From NCBI GenBank assembly GCA_019695175.1, contig JAIBAM010000003.1, forward strand, positions 35,033-99,032: a DNA stretch of 64,000 nucleotides, in the 5' to 3' direction. The position numbers were made by a program, and so were the translations under genes. Below the pieces are notes generated by a model. That model saw only the letters and a program-made list of their open reading frames with translations, was not told where the DNA came from and ran no database searches. Within the stretch, counting starts at the first letter, position 1; each line of letters opens with the position of its first letter. Below are positions 19,470-28,274 of this stretch, piece by piece. Source of the stretch: Bdellovibrionales bacterium. GTDB lineage: Bacteria; Bdellovibrionota; Bdellovibrionia; Bdellovibrionales; UBA1609.

Positions 19470-21791
19470 TTAGAAACCCTGCGTGTTATTTTCCCTGAAT
19501 TTATAAATAAAATTTCCATCAGGACTTATGACATAGGTGTGTTTTGCTCCACTTCTGTCCCCCAAACTAGGAGCATTGGCTTCGGATTCATTCCCTCTAA
19601 ATTTAATAATTCTAATTTGATTCGCACTCAGAATTTTACTGAATGCTTCGGCCTGTTCCTTCACTCTTTTTTCCCAATCTCTTCTTCCCGAATTTCGATT
19701 GATTTGACTGTCTCCCATCCGAGTCGACATAAACACATTGATTTGCCCAACATCCATGCCTTGCAAACCCATGATTTTTCCCGAAGTCTCTGGTTGGGAC
19801 TTAAGCAAACTTACAATTCCCCTCCCCCACGTCGTAACTTTTTTCAACTCCTCCTCGGCTGATAGAGTCAATGCTGCCGGATTCCTTAGTTTATTGTCCT
19901 TCGTTTGTAAAACAACACCAGGGCCGGTGCCACCTCCAGCAGTCGGTCTATTAGCGACTTGAACTAAGCCCCCACCTGCTGATGGAGCTGAGTTTGGAGC
20001 CGCAGCAACAGCAGGATTGGTTTGAGCTCCAGTACTCTGGGCTCTCACTCCGGGTCCTCCCGAAACTCCTGACTTTGAACTTTTTCCTAATTGTTGGACG
20101 ACTTCAACCGGTGGCTGGTTACCAGGTGTCGCCGGTGTCAGACCTGTTAGAGTTGTCTGCGCAACCGCACCGCTTACAGTAGGTGTCTGTGCAAGTGGAG
20201 CACCAGGAGTTGACGAACCCTCAGCTCCAGTTGGCGGATCACTTTGGATGTCCAATGGACTTCGACGGCTTAATCCCATTGGCCCCGAATGAACAGCCAC
20301 GGCTTTTGATCTCAGAGGATCAGCAGCATATCCCCCCAAACTTCTGCGATCTGAACCTGACCCAGTATGTACTGCAGTGTCCCCAGGGGGTGATGATAAA
20401 TTTTGACTACCCACATTCGCCCTATAAGCATCTGTTGCTGCATCTGCTGCTGGAAGAGCTAAGCGAGCCGCCGCCTGAACGATCCCCGGTGAATTCCAGA
20501 CACTTTCCGCCACTGCAGTTACAGCCTTGCCTTGATCAGCTAAGGCAAAGTTTAAGCTTTGCGGCAATTCCCTGAACCCCTCAGGCAAAGCTTGAACTGA
20601 AGCCGGCTCCCTTACACCCCCGCTTTCGCGTCTAAGAACACTAGTCACAGCCACTGGCCCCGTAGGTCCAGAATTAGCCACATCTGTAGCCGCAGCGCTT
20701 GCACCTGTAACTACCTTTTGAGGCAACGGAACTTGTGTTACTTGGGCCGTTCTATCTATTGGCCTAGGAGCTGCGGGCTTTGGGGTTGAGGGTAGTTGGC
20801 CAACTACTTTATGATAATCTTCAGGATTTATAATACACTTCCCCATTTCACTGGTAAGTGTTTGAGTCAATTTTTCATTTACGGAACCCGTCGAACAAGC
20901 ATTTTCAAGGTAAGGATCCCGTTCGCTTACAGAAGAACATATCCGACCCAAAAGCCCATGAACTAATTCATGAGTTAAAGTAGCTACGAGCTCCTCTTCC
21001 CCTTGTGCATTTAGAAAACGCCCTGAGGGATCCGTGTACAATTGGATCCTTAGCGGTTCCCCTGAAGTGCAAGAGGCTTTTTTTCGAAAAATTTGAGTAG
21101 GAGTACATTGAAGCACCTGATCCGGATGACGGGCTAATCGACCTGTTAGGGCCTCCACAAGATTTTTTATCAACTGCGGAAGTTCTGTTTTCCCTAACCC
21201 CGCAAAATAACCATTGAACACTTTCATCAAACAGTCCTTACCGTTGCCTGATGAAATGATATCAATTAGTATAGGAAGATTTTTTTTTATAGGGAAATCT
21301 AATTTAGGACAGGCCAAGGAAGACATTTGCGCTGATCCAATAGCCTGGGGAACTATGGGCTCTACCCTTCTTAACGGCCCACAAACAACATCAGGTGGAG
21401 ATTTAGGAGCTTCGTTACTTAAGGAACTGCCGTCGGAATACTGCATTTCATTGTTTAATTTGAACAACCGGGCCTGACTCTGCTTGGTCTCATATTCCAA
21501 CCGCATCCGATGGTGGGGATAGGTTCTTTCCAAAACAAAATACTGCAGCTCCCCCAGTTTCATCCCCATGGTGATCAAATCCCGTCCCTGGGCTAATTGC
21601 CAAAAATCCCACCGACCATCATGGTCCAAATCCAACCGAATCTCGGTGGAGCTATCCCTTACAATAACGAGCTGATCGACGACCCGGTCCCCATTGCCAT
21701 CTTTGACTAAAAATTGCGGACCAGCAAATGCCTGATGGCAAGTAAAACAAAATACTAAGAAATGAATAAATCTAAAACTCCGCCCCACCAT
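19470..21791 (-). CDS. large secreted protein with HExxH metalloprotease-like motif and long Pro/Ala/Gly/Ser-rich region
   Basis: Signal peptide MVGRSFRFIHFLVFCFTCHQAFA (ATG 21791; the listed 21806 is a TTG). THELVHGLLG motif. About 300 aa of low-complexity A/G/P/S/T sequence in a locally G+C-rich stretch. Confidence 0.5.
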   Translation of the reverse strand: MVGRSFRFIHFLVFCFTCHQAFAGPQFLVKDGNGDRVVDQLVIVRDSSTEIRLDLDHDGRWDFWQLAQGRDLITMGMKLGELQYFVLERTYPHHRMRLEYETKQSQARLFKLNNEMQYSDGSSLSNEAPKSPPDVVCGPLRRVEPIVPQAIGSAQMSSLACPKLDFPIKKNLPILIDIISSGNGKDCLMKVFNGYFAGLGKTELPQLIKNLVEALTGRLARHPDQVLQCTPTQIFRKKASCTSGEPLRIQLYTDPSGRFLNAQGEEELVATLTHELVHGLLGRICSSVSERDPYLENACSTGSVNEKLTQTLTSEMGKCIINPEDYHKVVGQLPSTPKPAAPRPIDRTAQVTQVPLPQKVVTGASAAATDVANSGPTGPVAVTSVLRRESGGVREPASVQALPEGFRELPQSLNFALADQGKAVTAVAESVWNSPGIVQAAARLALPAADAATDAYRANVGSQNLSSPPGDTAVHTGSGSDRRSLGGYAADPLRSKAVAVHSGPMGLSRRSPLDIQSDPPTGAEGSSTPGAPLAQTPTVSGAVAQTTLTGLTPATPGNQPPVEVVQQLGKSSKSGVSGGPGVRAQSTGAQTNPAVAAAPNSAPSAGGGLVQVANRPTAGGGTGPGVVLQTKDNKLRNPAALTLSAEEELKKVTTWGRGIVSLLKSQPETSGKIMGLQGMDVGQINVFMSTRMGDSQINRNSGRRDWEKRVKEQAEAFSKILSANQIRIIKFRGNESEANAPSLGDRSGAKHTYVISPDGNFIYKFRENNTQGF

Positions 21792-21856
21792 GGGTGGATC
21801 GGCCAAAAAATATATCTATTTAAGAGTTAGATAATTTGTCAAATTTCTAAACAAAC

Positions 21857-23452
21857 CTAGGGCTGACATTTATCCCCTTTAGGATTCTTTATCAAATCTC
21901 TATAGATAATCTCATTGATAAAATTCACCACCCCACCTACTCTCCCACTTTCATATGGTCTCACAGTGGGAGTTACAAAAGAACTATCTAAAACACGGAA
22001 TTCCGGATTATTTGACGCTATGTTGTTTATCTCTGGACCACCATTTGCACTCACAAGACGAAGTTCGGGGGGCCTTGGTCCCATAGGATTTTGGAAACTT
22101 CTTTTGGGCACTGCACGGACAATGCCCACAACACCTAATTGCAGCAGACCCTGTCCACTATCGGCGATTGCGAAAACAGGCCCTCCGGAATTACCAGGAC
22201 CAACCCTACAATCCGTCCACATACCCAACTTGCCAATAATATTGTCCTGAACAGCTTGAGCTGAAGTAAAAGGCTCTACCACACTGCAAGTAGACGACGT
22301 AGTCATAACCGCAGGACTTTTGCCATCTACAAGATTCGGATTATAACTCCCAGGAAATCCTACCGTAAACAAACGATCAGCCATATTCGCTCGCAGTTTA
22401 TCAGGTGGAATCTCGAACATGGTTACACCGTCACTTTCGGCTGGGCGGTCCAATTTGACCACACAATAATCCGCTTCTGCATTCTGCCTCTCATTAACTA
22501 TGGGTCTCGCACCGCAACTTAAAACCCTCCCAGTATAATCTTTCCCTGCCAAATGAAATTTAACCTTATCTCCATCTGGATCCCTAGTTATGTCTATCGG
22601 AAATTTTACCTCACCAGTTTCCATTCTCACAGCAATGCGGGGACTCAGCACATGCTGTGCAGTCACCACATAACGCCTTTTACTACCAGCACATTTTATT
22701 TTTATACCAGCTTGAGAAATTAGAGGGCTCGGATCAACCACAAAGGCCGTGCCACTCATTGGGCTGGCTACCTCAGTTTGACCATTAGAACCTCGAAGAG
22801 TTATAGGATCCCATCTTCTAATCCAACCAACTGATTTTGAGGCCTCCGCAATAAGCTCAGCCTGAGTGCGAGGTGAAACATCTAAACCTTTTACTTTTAC
22901 TACGTGAGGACCATTAAGAACCGCTTCCATTTCTGGCGCAGAACGCACCACCATTTGAACCACCCGCATAGGACCATTTTCGAAATCTTGCGCATAAACT
23001 ACTGGCGGCATAGGATCACCGACTGCCGCAGTATCGCCGCCTCCAGCAGCCGCCTCTTTTACTTTACCATTTAACGACGTAGCTCCTGCTAAACCACGAA
23101 GCTCACTAACGCCACCGAACCCACCAGCTCTGGGAGTACCAGCAACTGCAGTTGGTTTTATTGGTGAAGTCGCAACGGGCGCTCCTGTGACTTGGGCGAT
23201 CACTCTTGCGGCATCAGCCACAGCAGCTGGTCCGGTAGGTCGATTGCAAATTCTACGATCAACTGCAGGGGAAACCCCAGAAGGTTGAACAACAGGGGCA
23301 GATCTCGAAGGATGCAGTGTATTTTTAACACCCACACTAACTCTGCGTGTTGCAGGCCGATCGGCAGCCGTAGCCTTCCTGGCATGTGTCTCAAATGAAG
23401 ACAGCAACAAAACCAGGATAACAGCAAGTCCCGTGTTGAAATCTGGCTTCAT
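21857..23452 (-). CDS. secreted trypsin-like (S1 family) serine protease with Ala/Pro/Gly-rich N-terminal linker
   Basis: Signal peptide MKPDFNTGLAVILVLLLSSFETHA (ATG 23452; a longer listed ORF runs to 23533). Triad contexts VVTAQHVL (His), ADYCVVKLD (Asp) and GPGNSGGPVF (Ser). Confidence 0.7.
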   Translation of the reverse strand: MKPDFNTGLAVILVLLLSSFETHARKATAADRPATRRVSVGVKNTLHPSRSAPVVQPSGVSPAVDRRICNRPTGPAAVADAARVIAQVTGAPVATSPIKPTAVAGTPRAGGFGGVSELRGLAGATSLNGKVKEAAAGGGDTAAVGDPMPPVVYAQDFENGPMRVVQMVVRSAPEMEAVLNGPHVVKVKGLDVSPRTQAELIAEASKSVGWIRRWDPITLRGSNGQTEVASPMSGTAFVVDPSPLISQAGIKIKCAGSKRRYVVTAQHVLSPRIAVRMETGEVKFPIDITRDPDGDKVKFHLAGKDYTGRVLSCGARPIVNERQNAEADYCVVKLDRPAESDGVTMFEIPPDKLRANMADRLFTVGFPGSYNPNLVDGKSPAVMTTSSTCSVVEPFTSAQAVQDNIIGKLGMWTDCRVGPGNSGGPVFAIADSGQGLLQLGVVGIVRAVPKRSFQNPMGPRPPELRLVSANGGPEINNIASNNPEFRVLDSSFVTPTVRPYESGRVGGVVNFINEIIYRDLIKNPKGDKCQP

Positions 23453-23807
23453 GAATGTGGTTTGTTTTGGACTTATCTTTGTGGCGATTTGGGTAACGAT
23501 TTGGTTTTTTTGGTTTTTGTTTTTTTGTTTCATACAAACTACCTTCGCAATAGAAGTGCCTTACACTCTTTCCGCCAAATAGTCTATATTTAACCTGAGC
23601 TGCAAATTTAGTTAAATTCTCAAGTTGAGACATGTCATTGAAATTACAGGGACATTTTTTGTCGGCCAAAAATGGGCTCTCTCCACTTGATCGAAAAATT
23701 ATGTTGCACCGTTATAATAAATTTATTTAGATGTATTGATTGAACCTTTCCGCCGTTCGGTCCGCCAATATTGAACACTTCAACCTCTAACAACTGCTCA
23801 CCAGCGT

Positions 23808-23987
23808 CTAACTTGATGGCTGATTTCGCTTTGATAGTTTGATAGATAGAGGCACAACAACATCACCTAATCGTTGCGTGGACTCAATGACCGCTACAAA
23901 TCCCAAGCCTTTTTCAAGGTCCTTGGGTTCGGTCGCCACTGACGATGATTGAACTTTGGTTAAAATAAAATTCTGTCGAGTAGTCAT
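23808..23987 (-). CDS. 59-aa ORF with strong RBS (below the ORF-track cutoff), unknown function, possibly 5' fragment of a frameshifted gene
   Basis: AAGGAG lies 8 nt upstream of ATG 23987. Product MTTRQNFILTKVQSSSVATEPKDLEKGLGFVAVIESTQRLGDVVVPLSIKLSKRNQPSS. Protein-like sequence continues in another frame (AIKLDAGEQLLEVEVFNIGGPNGGKVQ). Confidence 0.3.
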   Translation of the reverse strand: MTTRQNFILTKVQSSSVATEPKDLEKGLGFVAVIESTQRLGDVVVPLSIKLSKRNQPSS

Positions 23988-24946
23988 ATAATTTTCTCCT
24001 TTAAAATAAGGTAAGAAGATTTATCTCCCTCACAGAACCGCACTTGCGGTTTTCCCGCATACGGCTCTTCGTTAATGTTCACGTTACTTTGCGAAGCTCG
24101 TATAAAAATCATGGTGGATTTTCGCTGTCGGAAGCGGTGTCTTTTAAGGTAGGTCGTAAAGCTTTCCCAGTTAAAACTCTTCTTCTGACTGCGCCGATTG
24201 AGCCACTTCAGAATCCCACTCTGGATATACCGTTTTGGCATACTCAATCAGGCTCATCATTTCGTTGTGTTTCATTACGGTTGGTCGTTGTGTTTCATTA
24301 CGGCTGGATAATTTAATTTTTTCTTGCCACGAATATAAATCCCCATTGCTGGGTTGTGTTTCATTCGGCCTCTATCAATCATAAACTTGAAAACACCACG
24401 AATGAACTTGAGGTTGTTCACTCTCGTGGCCGATTTCACTTTTTCTTCTTCGTTCTTTTTTAGTTCTTCGCCGTTAATGAAAGTTTCAACTTGTTCAGTG
24501 GTGAAATCGCTCAACCATTTGTTGTTCCAAATGGCGGTGTGCTTTTTCAAAGTGCTAATGGTGGTGTCCATCGTATTGAAAGAAATTTTTTGTCTTTGTA
24601 GCGAGCTTCTAATCTTCCAAAGTATTCTTCACAGGCATTGCCCCAAGTCGCATCGCCCTCGTGCTTCTGTAAGAAAGCAAGTTGTGATAATTCTTCCATC
24701 AATTCATTTCGCTTTTGAATGGCGAGGAGTAGGCTCGTGATATTTCTTGCCCGTTTAAAAATTTGCTTGGATGGCTTATTCGCATCAACTTTTATTCTAC
24801 GATACACTCAAAACATCATAAATATTTTGAGTGGGTTGCTTAAAAATACGTTCTCGCTCTTTCAGCCAGCCATCCGCATTTTTCTCGTAAACTCCAATTT
24901 TCTTTTTCTTGGAGCTTTTGTTTTCGTTGTTTTGGTCGTCGCTCAT
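23984..24946 (-). pseudogene. tyrosine recombinase/phage-type integrase, frameshifted and 3'-truncated
   Basis: The N-terminal reading MSDDQNNENKSSKKKKIGVYEKNADGWLKERERIF (ATG 24946) continues in shifted frames through listed ORFs 24547..24807 and 24275..24571 (TTEQVETFI..TRVNNLKFIRGVFKFMIDRGRMKHNPA, a SAM-like core-binding domain). A 23-bp tandem duplication at 24262-24307 introduces a stop. No R..HxxR..Y catalytic domain follows. Confidence 0.65.
24262..24307. repeat. 23-bp tandem duplication inside the integrase pseudogene
   Basis: tcgttgtgtttcattacggttgg (24262-24284) and tcgttgtgtttcattacggctgg (24285-24307), 22/23 identical. The length is not a multiple of 3. Confidence 0.9.
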
Positions 24947-25107
24947 AGTGGCCTCGCTCGTCTCTTCTCATGAAAATCCCAAATAAAATTGAGGTCTAAC
25001 CCCAGAAAATGAGCCGTGATTTTTTTGGCGATAAGCCCATTGAAAGGCCGTGTTTCTATCTCAAACTTTTTAAAACTCATCCCTCTGAACTCACAATCAA
25101 TTCCACT

Positions 25108-25206
25108 CCTCATGTGGCTCCTTCCAGTCCTCATGTGGCTCCTTCCAGTCCTCATGTGGCTCCTTCCAGTCCTCATGTGGCTCCTTCCAGTCCTCATGTG
25201 GCTCCT
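25108..25206. repeat. 21-bp perfect tandem repeat, 4 full copies plus a 15-nt fifth (cctcatgtggctccttccagt)
   Basis: Units start at 25108, 25129, 25150, 25171 and 25192. The repeat is open in frame on both strands (PHVAPSS on +, MRTGRSH on -). Confidence 0.95.
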
Positions 25207-25397
25207 GAGAATGAAGATTTAGGTGATGTTGCATATTCTAAAGCTCCCCCTTCTGAGGGTGAGCTAAAAGAAGAATATATCGTAGAGGGTATCCCTAGAG
25301 AGTCACTGGTCAATGAGCTGGAAAATCGTGGCTGGACTGTAACTCTCCAGAAAAAGAAGACATAGCTATTTGAAATAACATGAATTTATTTAATGTA

Positions 25398-25426
25398 TTG
25401 CTATTGTGCGCACATGATGTTATTAT
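25398..25426 (+). promoter_or_regulatory. sigma70-like promoter with embedded 10-bp palindrome (candidate TA operator)
   Basis: TTGCTA (25398-25403), a 17-nt spacer, then TATTAT (25421-25426). The spacer contains the perfect palindrome tgtgcgcaca (25405-25414). It lies 28 nt upstream of the antitoxin ATG, which has an AGGAG RBS. Confidence 0.45.
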
Positions 25427-25453
25427 GGTTTTGTAGTTGATTAGGAGATTTTT

Positions 25454-25744
25454 ATGTCTACTGCAAGAAAACGAAAAGATAATAACATCAATATAAGAGC
25501 GGCTACGAATGAAAAAGAGCTGATAAAAAAAGCTGCTGACATGAGCGGCTTGGATACTAGCACGTTTATGCTCTTCCACTCCGTTGAAGCTGCTAAGAAA
25601 ACCATTTCGCAGACCGATGTTTTTGTATTATCACGCAGAGACTCCGAACTTTTTGTCAATGCTCTATTGAATCCTCCTGCTCCAAACGAAGCTCTTAAGC
25701 GAGCCTTTAAGCGTCACAAAGAAATTTTTGGCAACAAGGTTTAG
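25454..25744 (+). CDS. DUF1778 (TacA-like, ribbon-helix-helix) antitoxin
   Basis: NINIRAATNEKELIKKAADMSGLDTSTFMLFHSVEAAKKTI..VFVLSRRDSELFVNALLNPPAPNEALKRAF matches the DUF1778 layout. It sits immediately upstream of the GNAT toxin. Confidence 0.8.
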   Translation: MSTARKRKDNNINIRAATNEKELIKKAADMSGLDTSTFMLFHSVEAAKKTISQTDVFVLSRRDSELFVNALLNPPAPNEALKRAFKRHKEIFGNKV

Positions 25745-25752
25745 GTATCAAA

Positions 25753-26247
25753 TTGGCATTAGAGTTTCGCACCTTAGACAAAACATTTGATAGAAATTCT
25801 TTTGATTGTGGAATCGAAGAGTTAAACAGTTATCTGAAAAGGGAAGCCCGTCAGCAGCAGGGTCATGGATTTAACGTGACCCTCGTTTTAGTTGATACAA
25901 CCAATCCTACAAAAATCCTCGGCTATTATTCTATGATGAGTTCTGGAATGAAATTGGAATCACTTCCACCCGAAATAGCCAAGAAAATTCCAAAACATCC
26001 AATTCCTGCTGTACGCATTGGTAGACTAGCACGAGACCTATCAACAAAGGGACAGGACATCAGTGAACTTCTCATGGCAAACGCCCTTGAAAGAATTAAA
26101 CGTGTGTCTACTGAGATAGGTGTGTACTGTGTGATTGTAAATTCAAAAAATGAAGCTGCAAAAAACTTTTATTTAAAATATGGATTCATTGAATTTGCAG
26201 ACGCTCCAATGAGTCTGTTTCTTCCGATTGCCGCTTTCCCAGAATAA
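25753..26247 (+). CDS. GNAT-family acetyltransferase toxin (TacT/AtaT-like)
   Basis: N-terminus ..FDRNSFDCGIEELNSYLKREARQQQ is characteristic of TacT-type toxins. GNAT core IGRLARD..GVYCVIVNSKNEAAKNFYLKYGF. TTG start 9 nt after the antitoxin stop. Confidence 0.75.
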   Translation: MALEFRTLDKTFDRNSFDCGIEELNSYLKREARQQQGHGFNVTLVLVDTTNPTKILGYYSMMSSGMKLESLPPEIAKKIPKHPIPAVRIGRLARDLSTKGQDISELLMANALERIKRVSTEIGVYCVIVNSKNEAAKNFYLKYGFIEFADAPMSLFLPIAAFPE

Positions 26248-26589
26248 AACACGCACATTTTACAAACCAACTCTGACGGGAAAACTTCTGTCCACAAGTT
26301 TGACAACCATATTGTCCAATCCCAGCAGATTGGACCGGTATGACGCGAGCAAATGTCTAAAACAGAATTTTTAAAACCCCTGGATTGTTACTTCTGAAAA
26401 ATGATACTCATAGAAGGCAGAGGGACATATCATCCAGTCCGTCTTCTAACTCACAATTCTATCTGCAATGGCTTCGCATTTTTTACAAACGAGCGGTATT
26501 AGCCCGTCAGTAATTTTTTATGAGGTCTTGTAGTACAATTAATAAAGGTAGATTGCTTTAAATTTTAAATTGCTATTTTTTGATAGCAT

Positions 26590-26637
26590 AGACCCACTCG
26601 GAGCGATTCTACCTAACTCTTGAGTAGGTCTTTTTTT
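26590..26637 (+). terminator. orphan rho-independent terminator-like hairpin with T7 tail
   Basis: agacccactcggag (26590-26603) pairs with ctcttgagtaggtct (26617-26631), followed by ttttttt. No annotated gene ends nearby; the TA pair stops 340 nt upstream. Confidence 0.45.
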
Positions 26638-26963
26638 ATAGAGGTAGAATATGAAGACGTGAGACCCTGAAGTAAATCACGATTCACTGATATCCTGTTT
26701 CACAATAGTATGTAAGTATGTAACACGCCTATCTCCCCCCTTCCTTATGGATGGGTTAAATATCCAGCCTAATCTAAAACTTATCAATTATAAGCCTCAA
26801 GTAGAAGGTCAACCTACTGTATAAGGGAAACGATTGCGCCGTAAAAAGTGTACTAGAACTAGTCAGCTGTAGGTTAAGGGGGAAGCCCTTTTTTGCCTAA
26901 TGATAAAAACCCTAATTATTTCAATCTATTATTTTGGCACCGGGGTTGCTCTCTAGTTTAATA

Positions 26964-28274
26964 ATGAAACACACTACTTTTAAAAACTTTTTACTGCTGC
27001 GTATAGTCTTTATCGTGATGACCACGATGATAGCCCACTCCGCAAAAGTAAGTGCTGTAAGTGCTTATGATGAAAATGATTTCGAAGAAGATCAAAAAGT
27101 CTATTACATTAAAATTAAAAGCACCAATCCTATCTATAACTCCCAAAAAGAAAGAATTGGGACTTTAGGAGCTTCCACTACAACAAATCCTGAAGTGATG
27201 GATACAAATGGATTTGGGGAGCAGGACTCTGTTATTGTGATTCCTAGAATCGTAACCGTTCGACACGCAAATGGCTCAGGAGAAATTGATTTACGACAAT
27301 CTCTTATAAAATGGAGAAAAATGTCAACTTCTAGGAGTTGGCCCACAGATAAATCTCTAGATGAATACAAATTAATACCGACACAAAAATTCTTCCCGGT
27401 AAAAATACCAAAAGCTAATAGCACCTCAAAAATTAATAACCACAATAAAAAAGAAATTGTTTATATGGATCTGAATAAAATTGCAAATGAGAGTGCGTAC
27501 AATGAAGTTCTGCCTTTTTCTCCAAAATACGGTGAAATAAGGCAGCCTGAAGCCGAGAAAGTAACTACTGAAGCTAGTTTGTGCTCAAATTGTCTGGGAA
27601 AAGAAACCCGGGGTCTACAAATAGACCTCACTTTTCTTGATGAGAGTAGGCAGAAGGTACCACCCCTAGTCGATGATCAATCTAGGATTAAGTCGACCCA
27701 AAAAAACGGAAGAGGGTCCGTTGGAAAGCTAAACCCTCAGTGCACAAAATTTATTGACGACTCTGGAAATCTTGGGGATTGGGGAACGGCTATGTTGAAT
27801 GAGATGAACCGATCAGAATACAATTCCGCTTTTACACAAAATAACGCTCAAATTGCGCAACTTTGTAGAGGATATAATAGAATGGATGATCAAAACAAAA
27901 AGAAGTTTTTAATCCGAGTGATGACCACCGTAGCTCACATTGAATCGAGCTGTAACCCAGGGGCAGTCCAAAGAAACGCGATAAACAGATATAATAAAGG
28001 TATCGGTCTCTTTCAGATGGATTCACAACGAGCAAAAATAGCATATCGCAACAGTGACGCTGTTAAGATAACTGGAGAAAAGGATGTATGTTCTAATCCT
28101 TCTAATCCCAAACAAAATATTAAATGTTCCACATTTATATTGTTTCAACAACTTCGAAATCAAAGTAATGGCTTATTTTATAGCAAAGGTTATTGGGAAC
28201 CACTTAGACCAAGGTCAAGATTTAAAAAACAGATAAATAATACAATCGCAAACTATCCAGGATGTAATCAATGA
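26964..28274 (+). CDS. secreted protein with C-terminal lytic transglycosylase (SLT/GH23-like) domain
   Basis: Signal peptide MKHTTFKNFLLLRIVFIVMTTMIAHSAKVSA (ATG 26964). C-terminal VAHIESSCNPGAV..NKGIGLFQM matches the E-S-x-x-N-P..G-L-x-Q motif of SLT domains. Confidence 0.65.
   Translation: MKHTTFKNFLLLRIVFIVMTTMIAHSAKVSAVSAYDENDFEEDQKVYYIKIKSTNPIYNSQKERIGTLGASTTTNPEVMDTNGFGEQDSVIVIPRIVTVRHANGSGEIDLRQSLIKWRKMSTSRSWPTDKSLDEYKLIPTQKFFPVKIPKANSTSKINNHNKKEIVYMDLNKIANESAYNEVLPFSPKYGEIRQPEAEKVTTEASLCSNCLGKETRGLQIDLTFLDESRQKVPPLVDDQSRIKSTQKNGRGSVGKLNPQCTKFIDDSGNLGDWGTAMLNEMNRSEYNSAFTQNNAQIAQLCRGYNRMDDQNKKKFLIRVMTTVAHIESSCNPGAVQRNAINRYNKGIGLFQMDSQRAKIAYRNSDAVKITGEKDVCSNPSNPKQNIKCSTFILFQQLRNQSNGLFYSKGYWEPLRPRSRFKKQINNTIANYPGCNQ

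Noticed and set aside
19982-20575. Two + strand ORFs (66 and 130 aa) antisense to the 778-aa gene, plus 23192..23427 antisense and alternative-frame ORFs in the protease gene
   Set aside because: They lie exactly in the G+C-rich low-complexity linker regions, where stop codons are rare in all frames. No start context or motifs.
23984-24247. 87-aa ORF containing ..PYAGKPQVRFCEG.., reminiscent of strings seen near retroelement or intron ORFs
   Set aside because: It is highly basic and non-protein-like, and it lies where the integrase reading frame has decayed. No reverse-transcriptase motifs (YxDD) occur anywhere nearby. It is treated as part of the integrase pseudogene.
25108-25206. Possible CRISPR or iteron origin at the 21-bp x5 array
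   Set aside because: There are no spacers between the units, so it is not CRISPR. No rep gene or AT-rich unwinding element is adjacent, so a plasmid-type origin is unsupported. It is kept only as a repeat finding.
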